Shown piece by piece: positions 38,901 through 51,360 of a stretch of DNA of 64,000 bases (within the stretch, counting starts at the first letter, position 1; each line of letters opens with the position of its first letter). The stretch is from positions 7,411,516-7,475,515 of the forward strand of contig NC_068989.1 in assembly GCF_001194135.2 (NCBI RefSeq), written 5' to 3'. Made by a program: the position numbers and the translations under genes. The stretch comes from Octopus bimaculoides (lineage: Eukaryota). The notes under the pieces are model-generated. The model saw nothing but the letters and a program-made list of their open reading frames with translations. It was not told the origin of the DNA and did no database searches.

Positions 38901-41900
38901 TCACATTCACACTTCCATGTATGTCACTTAACATTTTGTATCGAGTAGACAATCCTTAATGCAGTCCTTTTCATATTTTGAAAACCCTTAATAATTCATT
39001 AAGCTAGTGTTACTAACATAATACTTTACACAAAAGACTAACATACACTGCTTTCTCTACCTAGTTTCACATGAGTACCATGGGAAAGTACAGTTCGTTC
39101 TCATAAATAGTAAAAACCTTTGTATCATTAGCAAGTATCGTCGATACTCTCAGGTCAATAAAATAAAGTACTGGAATTCATCATCATCATCATCATCGTT
39201 TAACGTCCGCTTTCCATGCTAGCATGGGTTGGACGATTTGACTGAGGATGGTAACAATTAATACCCTGACTTTGTACCTAAATTAGGAACAATTATTATT
39301 GGAAAATTATGTACAAATGTACTCTAATTGGGATCAATGTCCTTGATAATGAGATGCAATTACTTTCCTTAGATAATGGGGAATTTCAAACAATCCTAGT
39401 AGTTCCTAGTAGAGTAGATATCCGTATTAATTCTTTAGCATTTAAGCTAGTCATATCCAGCCCAAATATTTTATCTGTTTTATGCTCAAACCAGCTAGAT
39501 CTGATCTCTCACACCTACTCTGATAATGTTATTGAACTCTCAACCCGAGTCTCATATCGGCTAAAAAGAGGTTATCAAGGCGACCAAACTGACATCCGGC
39601 AGGGATTCCACCATAACTATTGATCTCGGGTTCACGTAGAATGTATAATTAATTCAAAACAATGGCAGTAAATAAGCTCTACATTTGACAGAAAAATCTG
39701 TATGTTAAAGGGTTAATGCAGCTCTTATAATTATGCTGATCCTTGTAAGGAAAACTATCAAGCTTGTTGGTAACAGTAGCTAAGATACCTATAACTACTA
39801 GGAGTGCTTTTACAAAAACCCTCCACAGTCTTCGCAGTTACCTCGCTAAGTCCTGGTATTTCCTTATTTTTTCCCCCCTGTCCTTTAACTGCCACATTCA
39901 TATCAGCAAGCATAGCCACATCTATGATGATGCACTCTTTAGATACTTTGTCGTCGTCGTCATTTAACATCTGCTTTCCATGCTAGCATGGGTTGGACGA
40001 TTTGACTGAGGACTGGTGGACCAGGAGGCGACACCAGGCTCCAATTTGATTTGGCAGAGTTTCTACAGCTGGATGCCCTTCCTAACACCAACCACTCCGA
40101 GAGTGTAGTGGGTGCTTTTACGTGCCACCGGCACAAGGGCCAGTCAGGTGGTACTGGCGACGGCCTCGCTCAAAATGGTGCATTTTACGTGTCACCTGCA
40201 CAAGAGCCAGTCCAGCAGCACTGGCAACGATCTCGCTCGAATGTCATATTGGCAACAGCCATGCTTGAAATGGTGTATTTTACGTGTCACCTGCACAAGA
40301 GCCAGTCCATCGGCACTGGCAACAATCTCACTCGAATATCTTTTCACGTGCCAGGGAGGCGACGTTTGTCCAAGATGATAATGTCCAGTCATCTTTCCTG
40401 AATCTCAAACTCAGTTTGTACAGTGAAGTCCCACAAGAATTCAGACTGATTATTCTATCAAACTCTCTGTTTGATGTTAGTACCATTCTCTGCTTACTTC
40501 AAAAATCTCCTGACACGTTATTAGTAATTTTCCCCCACCAAGCTGAGCTTAGTTATATACGCTTTTGTTTTCCCCATTTAGTTCTTAGTCTAACCGTTAC
40601 AGTTTAAACAATACTGGTACAATACCTTGAACAATAGATACTAGCTGTCGGATGTCATAAAAAAGTATATCTACCAACAGCTTTGATGTCGTTCAGAAAC
40701 CCTGGCAACTGACAATATACTCATCAAAGTCACCTGTTCAGATAACATCTGGTACAGGTTTTCAGAATTCAATAATTGCACAATGAGCAGCAGATGCATG
40801 TAAGTAAATATTAATAGATGTAGCTAAAAATACATCCATCAAAGCAATGTGATAAAGAAATACAACTCCAGTAACACACCGGATATTGCTAACCTCATCA
40901 AAACTTCTCAAACGCAATAGATGAAAACAAGGAGTGACTGATTCAGTATTGACTCAGACATTGATTTATCAATTTATGGTAGCACTGACTTCGACTCCCT
41001 CTTGGACTCTGACTCCTGTGTTTCAAATTAATCCAATATTTCTGACATCGATTGAAAGCTCAAAACAAGGATGGTTAAGGGAAGTCATCAGGATGCTTTG
41101 TGTCATCCAAACCTGTTGAAGTTTGACTTTAAAGAACATAACTGTGTCTCTGAGGCATTTTTCTTACTTGTGAAGTGTCTTTGTTGCTCCCAAGGCCTAA
41201 GGAAGAGCCCTCCATGAGCGCTAGCTTATAAGCCACCCTATCGGGCGGATTTTAAGCTCGTTAATAATAATTGGATATTTTAAAAACAAACTTGGTTAGA
41301 TATAAACCTTCTTTTCAGAATTCTAACATTGTTTTTTTTTATATAAAATTTAAGCGAATGAAATATGAAAGATTATACGAAATGAGATACAAAATTATAT
41401 TATAAAAGATTGAAGAGTTGATCCCTACAAAATTTAATAAAGAAACATTGTATCTATAGAACAAGGGTTAAATAAAAATAAAAAAATTTACTAACAGGTG
41501 TGAATATGGTTGTGTTGTTAAGAAGCTTGTTTTGCGACCATGTAGCTTTGAGTTCAATCCCACAGTACGGCACTTTGGGCAAGTGTCTATTACTACATCC
41601 TGGGCTGACCAATACCTTGTGAGTGAATCTGGTAGATGGAAACTGGGGGGAAACCTGTCATAAACATGTATGTGTGAGTGTGTGAGACATTGTGTTTGTC
41701 TCTTCCCCACCATTTGACAGTTGGTATTGGTCCCTGTAACTCAGCAGTTCAGTGAGAGAGCCTGATAAAATGAATACCAGACTTCAAAAAAAAAAAAACA
41801 AGTGCTGGAGTTGGTTTGTTCTGCCAAACCCTTCAAGGCAGTGCCCCAGCATGGCCTCAGTCCAACGACTAAAACAAATAAGAAGAGAAAAAGAAAGAAA

Positions 41901-44900
41901 GATAGATAACATCTTGTTCATAAGAAAGAGAACTGCTCCTCTCAGCTCCACCATCTCAGAAGTCCTTAAGTAGGAGTCGATAATTTTCAGTGCAGGAAGT
42001 CTACTCTGTAAAGTGGTTNNNNNNNNNNNNNNNNNNNNNNNNNNNNNNNNNNNNNNNNNNNNNNNNNNNNNNNNNNNNNNNNNNNNNNNNNNNNNNNNNN
42101 NNNNNNNNNNNNNNNNNNNNNNNNNNNNNNNNNNNNNNNNNNNNNNNNNNNNNNNNNNNNNNNNNNNNNNNNNNNNNNNNNNNNNNNNNNNNNNNNNNNN
42201 NNNNNNNNNNNNNNNNNNNNNNNNNNNNNNNNNNNNNNNNNNNNNNNNNNNNNNNNNNNNNNNNNNNNNNNNNNNNNNNNNNNNNNNNNNNNNNNNNNNN
42301 NNNNNNNNNNNNNNNNNNNNNNNNNNNNNNNNNNNNNNNNGCCCGCCAAAGCAGACCTTGCCGATGCTGGTGCTACATAAAAAGCACCCAGTCCAGTTTA
42401 AAGTGGTTGGCATTAGGAAGGGCATCCAGCCATAAAATGCCCGCCAAAGCAGACCTTGCCGATGCTGGTGCTACATAAAAAGCACCCAGTCCAGTTTAAA
42501 GTGGTTGGCATTAGGAAGGGCATCCAGCCATAAAATGCATGTCAAAACAGTGGAGCATGGTGCAGTCCTCTGGCTTACCAGCTTCTAACAAATTGTCCAA
42601 CCCATGACAGCATGGAAAATGAACATTAAATGGTGATGGTAATTATGATGACGATATGATGACGATGATAGCATTTGTTGGTGATTGTGCATTTTTACCA
42701 ACTTCGACTCAACGGCACTGACCAATGCATAATCAAAATGGAACTCAGAATTAAACAATTGAAAAGAACATAGACAGGTGCAGGCAAGATTGTGTGGTTA
42801 AAAAGCTCACTTCGCAACCACAAGGTTTTGGGTTCAGTCCCAATGTGTGACACCTTAGGCAAGTGTCTTTTAATATAGCCTTGGGCTGACCAATGCCTTA
42901 TGGGTGATTTTGATAGCTGGAAACTATGTGGAAGCCCACCGAGTATGTGTATGGTTGTGTGTGTGCGCGTGCACATGTATGTATGTTTGTTCCCTCTACC
43001 ACTGCTTTGTAACTGGTGTTGGTTTGTTTATGTCCCTGTAACACTGGTCTGGCAAAAGAAATTGACAGAGTAAATACCAGACTTTAAAAATAGTATCGGC
43101 TTGAACTTAAAATGCTCCAAGGTGGTGGTCCAGCTTGGCTGCAGTCCAATGAGTGAAGCAAATAAAAGAAAAGATTTAAAAAACTTAAAACTTCTTAGCA
43201 AATTTTTAGAAATATAAAATGGTTAAGTTGGACACAGAACACTCAGATATCAACCGACACCATAGGAGACCACTGAACACAAAACACAACCATACATATA
43301 CACACATCTTTGAATAACTGGCTGAAACATGTGAAAACCTGTTTTTACTTTTGCTGGATAAAACAGCAAATATTTTATATACTAAGTAATTAAATAGTCA
43401 AATCAATGCTAATAAACAAGGCATGAAAAAAAAAAAAAGAGATGACAAATATTTCTGTAGCTATATTTAATCAATATTTCAATGCTTATCATTATTATTA
43501 TCATTCTGTAGTCTTATTATTATCACGTGCTTTCACTGCACTACCAAGCGCAGCTCTGTGTTCCTTGGGTATGTGCTGTGGTTTGTTGTGATGCTCTTAT
43601 GGTTACTGCATTGAAAGTGTTTTATGTAGGATGTGTGCGGTGCCTAGTAGTGCTATTTTCTGTATGTTATATATATTTGTAAGTCCTGGTGTTTTTGTTA
43701 CATATTTGTCTGAATATTTTTTTTATCATACCTAATACGCCCACTATGATAGGAATTGTTTCTGTTTTTAAACTCCACATTCAGGTTACCTCTATTTCCG
43801 GGTCTTTGGATTTTGAAAGTCTCTCCATTTCTTTTAGAGAAATTATTATTATTAAGGCGGTGAGCTGGCAGAATCATTAGCATGCTGGACAAAATGCTTA
43901 GCAGTATTTCACCTGTCCTGGTCTTCTTAGCCCACTTGTATGTTTCTTCTAACTCATGTTGCAGGTGCACAGCATCTCCAGGGTTTTCTATCACCTGTGG
44001 GACTTTTGTATCATCTGCATAACTTGTGATCGTGGCTAAGGGCATATCTGAGAGGACCATTATAGACAGTAGTGGTCCCAAAACAGTGCCTTGCAGAACC
44101 CCACTCACTGTTTGCATGTCATTGGCTACTACTGAAGAAAATGAATTAGCTTAAGTTTGTACTCAATATTTTATTTATTGTGTGTGTGTGTGTGTGTTTG
44201 TGTGCTCATGCATGCAGTTTGTGTGCTCGTGCATGCATAAATTGAGATTTCTTAAAGCTATAACCACAAAGAGTTATTTGTTATGTTACGCTTACCCCCT
44301 ACTGGTTGATCTTTTCCATTTCTTTGTTACGTTAAAATGTTTTGTATTTTCTCTTTATCGTCTCCTCTTCTCTCTCTCCCTTCATCCCTTTCGCATGGAA
44401 AAGATCAAAATTTAGGATCTCAGATTCACAAACAATATGGACATTGTTCATGATGTGAAAGTGACGCCAACATTAATTTCAGATAATGGAGCTATCTACG
44501 TATGGACCAAAAGTAGCCAGAGACATACAGCCTAAAGGAAGCACCCAAAATCTCTCCAGTCTTAATTTCCACAAAGCAAACTGGAAATTGATCCAAAAAG
44601 AGATCCTTAGACAGAAATACAAAGAGATACAAATGAGAAAAAAATACCAAAAATGCATGAATATTGCATATATTTCTATAGCAATATTCTTTTCTACTCT
44701 AGGTACAAGGCCTGAAATTTTTGGGGAGGGGGCCAGTCGATTAGATTGACACCAGTACACAACTAGTACTTTAATTTATCAACCCTGAAAGGATTTCTAT
44801 AGCAGTATTATCATGCTAGAATGGACATATTGTGATATATAGAACTAAGAAAGTCAGAACAGATAAACTGAATAAGATTACTCCATAGCATTATATTTCT

Positions 44901-47900
44901 GATTTGAAATATGAAATCAAAGTTCTAAATGAACAGATATAAATAAAGGAAATAACATTAATACATGGGTGTGTTTGGAAGCTTATAACTGGAGAGGCAT
45001 GGAAGGATATACATTCAGGAGATAAAAAATGTGAGATAAGGCATGATCAACTGGAAGTAATGTGAATAGATAGGCATTAGGTTTGACAGATTAACATTAG
45101 AGTTAATCTGAATACTTGAATTAACCCTTTCATGACCAACCTGGCTGAAACCAGCTCTGGCTCTGAGTACAAATGTCTGGTTTTCATAAGTTTTGAATTA
45201 AAATCTTCCACCAAACCTTAGTTATAAATTATGTAACTAACACTAGCTGAATGGTAACTAAGTCATTTTACTAAATTCTTTGTTATATCTAAAATTAATT
45301 GAAAGAAACACAAAACATCTCAACATAAATATGGTCACAAAAGGGTTAAAATATATAACAGAGAAACAATTCTTAACCCTTTTGATACCATCCCAGCTGA
45401 AACCACCTCTGGTTCTGAGTACAAATGTCTTGTTTCCATTATGTCAGACATAAGAAGCATCAGATGTGGTGTGCAAGAGAGATGACTGTGCTGGTATGGT
45501 CATGTGCTGCGTATGGATGAGGAGAGCTGTGTGAAGAAATGTCACACTGTGGAAGAGGTAGACCCAAGAAGACACAGATTGAGGTGGTGAAGCACGACCT
45601 TCGAACGTTGAGCCTCACAGAAGCAATGACAAGCAGCTGAGACCTTTGGAGATATGCTGTGCTTGAGAAGACCCGGTAAGCCAGGTGAGACCCTAGTCGT
45701 GGTTGATGCCGGTGTCACATAACTGGCCCATTTAAAAGCACCCTTGGGCAATATGCTGTGCTTGTGAAGACCTGTTGAATGGAGTGAAATTGTAGTCGTG
45801 GCCGACGCCAGTGCCACCTGATTGGCACCCATGCTGGGTGTAGGTATATATATAGCTGTGTTTGTTGGTTTGTTTTCTTTCCGTAAATGATAAAGTTGTG
45901 GGTGAAGATGTTTATGTTAGCGTATGGTGTGTAATGTGTGTGTGCAGGGTGGGGGGTCTGTGTATATGTGGGGATACAATTTGTGTGAAGGGGTATGTGT
46001 TGNNNNNNNNNNNNNNNNNNNNNNNNNNNNNNNNNNNNNNNNNNNNNNNNNNNNNNNNNNNNNNNNNNNNNNNNNNNNNNNNNNNNNNNNNNNNNNNNNN
46101 NNNNNNNNNNNNNNNNNNNNNNNNNNNNNNNNNNNNNNNNNNNNNNNNNNNNNNNNNNNNNNNNNNNNNNNNNNNNNNNNNNNNNNNNNNNNNNNNNNNN
46201 NNNNNNNNNNNNNNNNNNNNNNNNNNNNNNNNNNNNNNNNNNNNNNNNNNNNNNNNNNNNNNNNNNNNNNNNNNNNNNNNNNNNNNNNNNNNNNNNNNNN
46301 NNNNNNNNNNNNNNNNNNNNNNNNNNNNNNNNNNNNNNNNNNNNNNNNNNNNNNNNNNNNNNNNNNNNNNNNNNNNNNNNNNNNNNNNNNNNNNNNNNNN
46401 NNNNNNNNNNNNNNNNNNNNNNNNNNNNNNNNNNNNNNNNNNNNNNNNNNNNNNNNNNNNNNNNNNNNNNNNNNNNNNNNNNNNNNNNNNNNNNNNNNNN
46501 NNNNNNNNNNNNNNNNNNNNNNNNNNNNNNNNNNNNNNNNNNNNNNNNNNNNNNNNNNNNNNNNNNNNNNNNNNNNNNNNNNNNNNNNNNNNNNNNNNNN
46601 NNNNNNNNNNNNNNNNNNNNNNNNNNNNNNNNNNNNNNNNNNNNNNNNNNNNNNNNNNNNNNNNNNNNNNNNNNNNNNNNNNNNNNNNNNNNNNNNNNNN
46701 NNNNNNNNNNNNNNNNNNNNNNNNNNNNNNNNNNNNNNNNNNNNNNNNNNNNNNNNNNNNNNNNNNNNNNNNNNNNNNNNNNNNNNNNNNNNNNNNNNNN
46801 NNNNNNNNNNNNNNNNNNNNNNNNNNNNNNNNNNNNNNNNNNNNNNNNNNNNNNNNNNNNNNNNNNNNNNNNNNNNNNNNNNNNNNNNNNNNNNNNNTGG
46901 TTAGCTTGCTTACCAACCACATGGTTCCGGGTTCAGTCCCACTGCGTGGCATCTTGAGCAAGTGTCTTCTACTATAGCCTCGGGCCGACCAAAGCCTTGT
47001 GAGTGGATTTGGTAGACGGAAACTGAAAGAAACCCGTCGTATATATGTATATATATATATGTGTGTATGTGTGTGTATATGTTTGCGTGTCTGTGTTTGT
47101 CCCCCCAACATCGCTTGACAACCGATGCTGGTGTGTTTACGTCCCCCGTAACTTAGCAGTTCGGCAGAAGAGACTGATAGAATAAGTACTAGGCTTACAA
47201 AGAATAAGTCCTGAGGACCATTGGCTCGATTAAAGGCGATGCTCCAGCCTGGCCGCAGTCAAATGACTGAAACAAGTAAAAGAGCTGATAAAAGTGCTTT
47301 CATTTTCTCTATGAAAATGTCTTCAGTGTTTGCATTAACTCCCCCTGATTTGAAGGCTGGACCTCAATGTTACGGCTATACCGCAAAGGAATGTAACTAT
47401 TACCACAAGGCATTTAGAGCAGTACTCGACCCGGATATGTACGGTGTGAGGTATAATTCCATACACTTCCTTTGTGTGTGTGTGTGTGTGTGTGTGTAAG
47501 GAGGGGGAGAAATGGTGAATGTAATAAACTGTGAACAGCTGGTACTTTTTTCAAACTCATTGCAAACGGGTATTATTACTGCATAAATCGCATAACTAAA
47601 TCTTGATACAATTTTTTTTTTGCTCCCTTCATAGTTTTAGCTTTGCCCCGTGTATAAAATCGCACCCCAGTATTTTCAGATAAAATCGGTCACAGAATCG
47701 GTGCAACGTATACAAGAATAAATACGGCAATTGTTTAGAATTTAGTGCAACAAGAGCTGTGATTGTTGTACGATATCCACAAATTCCGGGAAATACGAGA
47801 CCGACAACCAGTTTTAAATAACCATGTCTCTTTTATTCAAATGAGTAATTCTTTTGACGAAGGCATAACTAACCTAATTTCTTTTATAACATACAAACGT

Positions 47901-48896
47901 ATGATATGATTCAGCGCCTATTCAAGGAAATGAATAATCATTGAATTATGAATGTTGGAATACGTACTAATATAATTTATACTATATCGATATTGCATAC
48001 CCTTCGACGTGGAAATACAATAAGCATTTTCTCCCTCGAATTTTTAATCCACCACTTTTTCGATCTCACGATGTACTTTTGTTTCTTTGTCCATATGTGT
48101 GTGTGGATAGATAGATAGATAGATGATTAGAGTTAGACAGATAGAATGATAGATAGATACTTATCAATATTAAGAATGGTCTCAGTTCTCAATCACAGAA
48201 ACTTGAAAAGCATATGAAAAAAATCGACGTGTAGTATAAATTAAGAAAGAGGGCCAAGTGATGGATTACCAGGGATCTTTTGCAACAACTAAACCGTTAA
48301 GAAGTATTTGTTTGATTAAAATTAAGACCACAACTCTAATTTAGATTATCAGCTGGACCTAATATATTTTTGCCCGGATGTAAAACGGGACCGCCTTACC
48401 GATTCTCTGTTCCCTATAAACCTATGTATGTAAATNNNNNNNNNNNNNNNNNNNNNNNNNNNNNNNNNNNNNNNNNNNNNNNNNNNNNNNNNNNNNNNNN
48501 NNNNNNNNNNNNNNNNNNNNNNNNNNNNNNNNNNNNNNNNNNNNNNNNNNNNNNNNNNNNNNNNNNNNNNNNNNNNNNNNNNNNNNNNNNNNNNNNNNNN
48601 NNNNNNNNNNNNNNNNNNNNNNNNNNNNNNNNNNNNNNNNNNNATATATATATATATATATATATATATAATAATTTCTAAAAGATGATCGATATCGAAC
48701 GATGAAAATTTTCTTCACTTACTTTATTTGTTTTCAAATTCACACACAATATCTGGCCGGCAGGTTTATCGTTTTTTTCCACTTCGGGAGCCACAACGTA
48801 AAAACAACCTGATTTATCAAAGACAGGGCCTTCTGAACCAAGAACATCTGATGCCACTTTGGTAAATAAAGGTTCATCGACTGGTATACTTTCCAT
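29968..48896 (-). CDS. Squid-type diisopropyl-fluorophosphatase (DFPase), a Ca-dependent six-bladed beta-propeller phosphotriesterase of the SMP-30/gluconolactonase family, 310 aa, 5 coding exons
   Basis: Exons in transcript order are 48896-48723, 38266-38126, 31861-31730, 31054-30841 and 30239-29968, with phases 0,0,0,1. The translation aligns nearly gap-free to Loligo DFPase as I recall it: EPLFTKV..D..G.EGPVFDK, YGGIPAGCQ, VADMRLGLL, MQGCNDCAFDY.GNLWITAPAG, FPNGIAV, LIVAETPTK.LWSYDI, HEGGADGMDFD.DNNLLVANWGS, CPF.KPSN.HF, VTEHENNAVWKF.W.RNGK.QYCE. Confidence 0.95.
30431..30620 (+). mobile_element. tRNA-derived SINE, family A, 3'-truncated (DFPase intron 4)
   Basis: It matches the 5' half of 8095-8491. 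Confidence 0.8.
31431..31659. mobile_element. TTAA-flanked about 229-bp MITE (piggyBac-like CCCT termini)
   Basis: The structure is TTAA-CCCTT...AAGGG-TTAA, with homologous copies at 45121-45349 and 51132-51360. Confidence 0.8.
33967..34500 (+). repeat. Diverged direct repeat of an approximately 200-bp unit
   Basis: Positions 33967-34163 and 34304-34500 are highly similar, and a partial third copy lies at about 54235-54320. Confidence 0.75.
35145..35682 (+). mobile_element. Tandem copies of SINE family D
   Basis: The head ggcgagctggcagaa...gagttcaaattccgcc carries a B-box-like motif, and the core is cctttcatcctttcggggtcgataaattaagtacc. Two heads lie in tandem. Confidence 0.75.
36307..36533. 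mobile_element. TTAA-flanked MITE, second family
   Basis: The termini are ttaaccatttagcatt and aatgctaaaggattaa. A larger gap-spanning relative lies at 26768-27812. Confidence 0.65.
39541..39642 (-). pseudogene. Decayed duplicate of DFPase exon 2 (pseudo-exon) within intron 1
   Basis: It matches exon 2 positions 38159-38260 at 88 of 102 nt in the same orientation. It translates as ILREPEINSYGGIPAGCQFGRLDNLFLADMRLGL and then RVQ-stop. It has no AG acceptor or GT donor at the homologous positions. Confidence 0.85.
39955..40350 (-). mobile_element. Family C element with minisatellite units
   Basis: It is a reverse-complement copy starting catttaacatctgctttccatgctagcatgggttgg. Other copies lie at about 3861-4050, 17183-17420, 18170-18500, 22640-22917, 29175-29288 and 32328-32512. 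Confidence 0.75.
43922..44117 (-). mobile_element. LINE (CR1/L2-like) reverse transcriptase remnant in DFPase intron 1
   Basis: The translation SGVLQGTVLGPLLSIMVLSDMPLATITSYADDTKV matches RT motifs (SGVPQGSVLGPLLF and YADD). It is truncated by a SINE. Confidence 0.85.
44460..44630 (+). mobile_element. Probable LINE ORF2 linker remnant
   Basis: The translation LSSLNFHKANWKLIQKEI resembles the NF.KANW motif after the CR1-type endonuclease domain. Confidence 0.45.
45121..45349. mobile_element. TTAA-flanked MITE, same family as 31431-31659
   Basis: It has the same termini and internal sequence. Confidence 0.8.
46898..47285 (+). mobile_element. SINE family B with its 3' tail module
   Basis: The core is followed by a (TA/TG)n tract and then the tail gtttgtccccccaacatcgcttgacaaccgatgctgg...aatgactgaaacaagtaaaaga. 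Confidence 0.8.
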
Positions 48897-49696
48897 GGTA
48901 TCTCGCACTTGACGACGTCCGTAACATAGAACTTCAACGTTGCAAATATGTTGATACGAATGTCTCTTACTCTGTCTTTCTCACATTGTCACCACTCTTC
49001 CTCACTCTCATTTCCATATTCTCTCTCTCTCTCTCTCTCTATCTATCTTTCCCTCTAATTTCTCATTAATTCACATCGCTCCTTACACAGCTTTTTCATT
49101 CTCTTTCTGTTCACACACCTTTTTGGGGTTTTTTTTGTTTCATTTCGTTCATTTCATTCTTCTAACTTATTAATTTTTCCTATTTTTTCTGTCATTTCAC
49201 TACCCCCCCCTCTTTCTCTCACTCATTACTCCTCTTTCATTATTATTTAAATATTTCTCATCATTCACCGGCAACATCTCTTACACATCTACAAGAAACA
49301 GCAAACTACGTGGAAACTAATGATGGTTTCGTGACAGTAAATAAATAACACGACCAAAAATTATAAGATAACAGGTAGCATACTTGATGCCGTAAAGAAC
49401 GAAAAAAAAAACTGTTTCGGAATAAACTATTAGTACCTTATGGGGAAAGAAAAGTGACAGAATTGGAATATAAAATATAGAGAAAAAATGAAATTCTGGG
49501 GAGAAAAGAGAAAATCTTTGAGAATCTAATATCCGTGTACGAAACAGAATACTTAAAGAAAAAAAAAGAAAAAAGCCCAACACCTGTTTGTTTACCATCA
49601 GGTATACTGAAACTCCGCAAATAACAACAAAAACAACAATAATAATAATAATGAATAAATAAAAAAATATATCTTTATATATATGTATATCTTAAG

Positions 49697-49929
49697 TGTG
49701 GAGGTGCAATGGCCCAGTCATAGGATCGCGGTTTCGATTCCTAGACCGGGCGTTGTGAGTGTTTATTGAGCGAAAAGACCTAAAAGCTTCACGAGGCTCC
49801 GGCAGGGGTGGGGGTGGAGTGTCTGTGGAGTGCTCAGCCACTTGCACGTTAATTTCACGAGCAGGCTGTTCCGTTGATCGGATCAACTGGAACCCCTCGA
49901 CGTCGTAAGCGACGGAGTGCCAACAACAT
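49697..49929 (+). mobile_element. tRNA-derived SINE, family A, internally deleted
   Basis: The head and tail match 8095-8491 but the central part is missing. Confidence 0.8.
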
Positions 49930-50499
49930 ATCTTAAGTAATGAAAACGATCATTGCCCGAACGATCGATATTAGTAAGAAAAGACTGAGATAACCCCACC
50001 AGAATAAAATTAAAGAAAAATTAACATATGAAAGGGAATCATTATGCTAGCACAACTGATAACACCAGACACATTCGGGTACCGGTTGCATTGATAACAA
50101 GCTCGATGAGGCGTCCTTTTGGGGTTAAAAAATGGTAGTTAAGTCGGTTCGTACGGAATAGCTATGATGAAGTGGAGACAAGCATTACTTTACAGAACAG
50201 TTACTACTTTCAGTTCTTATAGAAATATTCTAATTACTTTGCTTTCTTGTTTTATCGATCTTCACTATATTCTATATTTCATGAAATTTTCGGGGTTGTC
50301 TCACCTTGCTTTTTTTTTAAATTTTGTTCTTTGTTATCACAACTAATCATTTCGTTGAGGGATTCCAAACGATTTTTCACTTCTGGACCCATTTCTTTAC
50401 CGTTTTACTCTGATGGGCCGTCATAACCATTCGATGTTTAATAACTGGTTTTACAGAGACATTTTGCAAAATTCGAATTTTGCTTTTCATCCATTCATT

Positions 50500-50960
50500 T
50501 TCTTTTCTTTTTTTTATTTTTTTACTTGTGTCAGTCATTTGACTGCGGTCACGCTGGAGCACCGTCTTTTGTCGAACAAATTGACCCCAGGATTTATTCT
50601 TTGTAAGCCTAATACTTATTCCATCGGTCTCTTTTTGCCGAACTGCTAGAATACGGGTACGCAAACACACCAACTTCGGTTGTCAAGCGATGGTGGGGAG
50701 ACAAACACAGACACACAAACATATAAGTATATATATATATATATATATATATATAAGTATATATATATATATAAGTGTGTGTGTGTGTGTGTGTGTACGA
50801 TGGGCTTCTTTCAGTTTCCGTCAACCAAATCCACTCACAAGGCTTTGGTCGGCCCGAGGCTATAGTAGAAGACACTTGCCCAAGATGCCACGCAGTGGGA
50901 CTGAACCTGGAATAATGTGGTTGGGAAGCAAGTTTCTTACCACACAACCACTCCTGCACC
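50500..50960 (-). mobile_element. SINE family B, full length
   Basis: It is a reverse-complement copy with head, core, microsatellite and tail. Confidence 0.8.
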
Positions 50961-51131
50961 TTTGTAGGTTTGCAATAGAGAAGATAATAGGAAGATAAAT
51001 TGTGACTAAGGTTTAGTGGAAGATTTAAATTCAAAACTTAATGGAAACAAGACATTTGAACCACAGAGCCAGAGCCGGTTTCAGCCAGGTTGGTACCAAA
51101 AGGGTTAAGAATTGTTTTCCTATTATATATT

Positions 51132-51360
51132 TTAACCCTTTTGTTACCATATTTCTGTTGAGATGCTTTGTGTTTCTTTCAATTAATTTTAAATATATCA
51201 AAGAATTAGTAAAATAACTTAGTTATCATTAAGCTAGTGTTAGGAACATAAATTGTGACTAAGGTTTGGTGGAAGATTTTAATTTAAAATTTATGAAAAC
51301 CAGACATTTGTACTACAGAGACAGAACCGGTTTCAGCCGGGTTGGTACCAAAAGGGTTAA
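51132..51360. mobile_element. TTAA-flanked MITE, same family, opposite orientation
   Basis: It has the same termini. A partial copy lies immediately upstream at about 51000-51108. Confidence 0.8.

Noticed and set aside
42341-42536. Exact 98-bp tandem repeat of a SINE segment
   Set aside because: It directly abuts an N-gap and the copies are identical, so it is most likely a gap-filling artefact.
45715-47111. ORFs of 300-400 aa in the ORF track, and similar ones at 10183-10837, 27063-27849, 32395-33325, 41784-42478 and 56991-57863
   Set aside because: They are open only because they read through N-runs.
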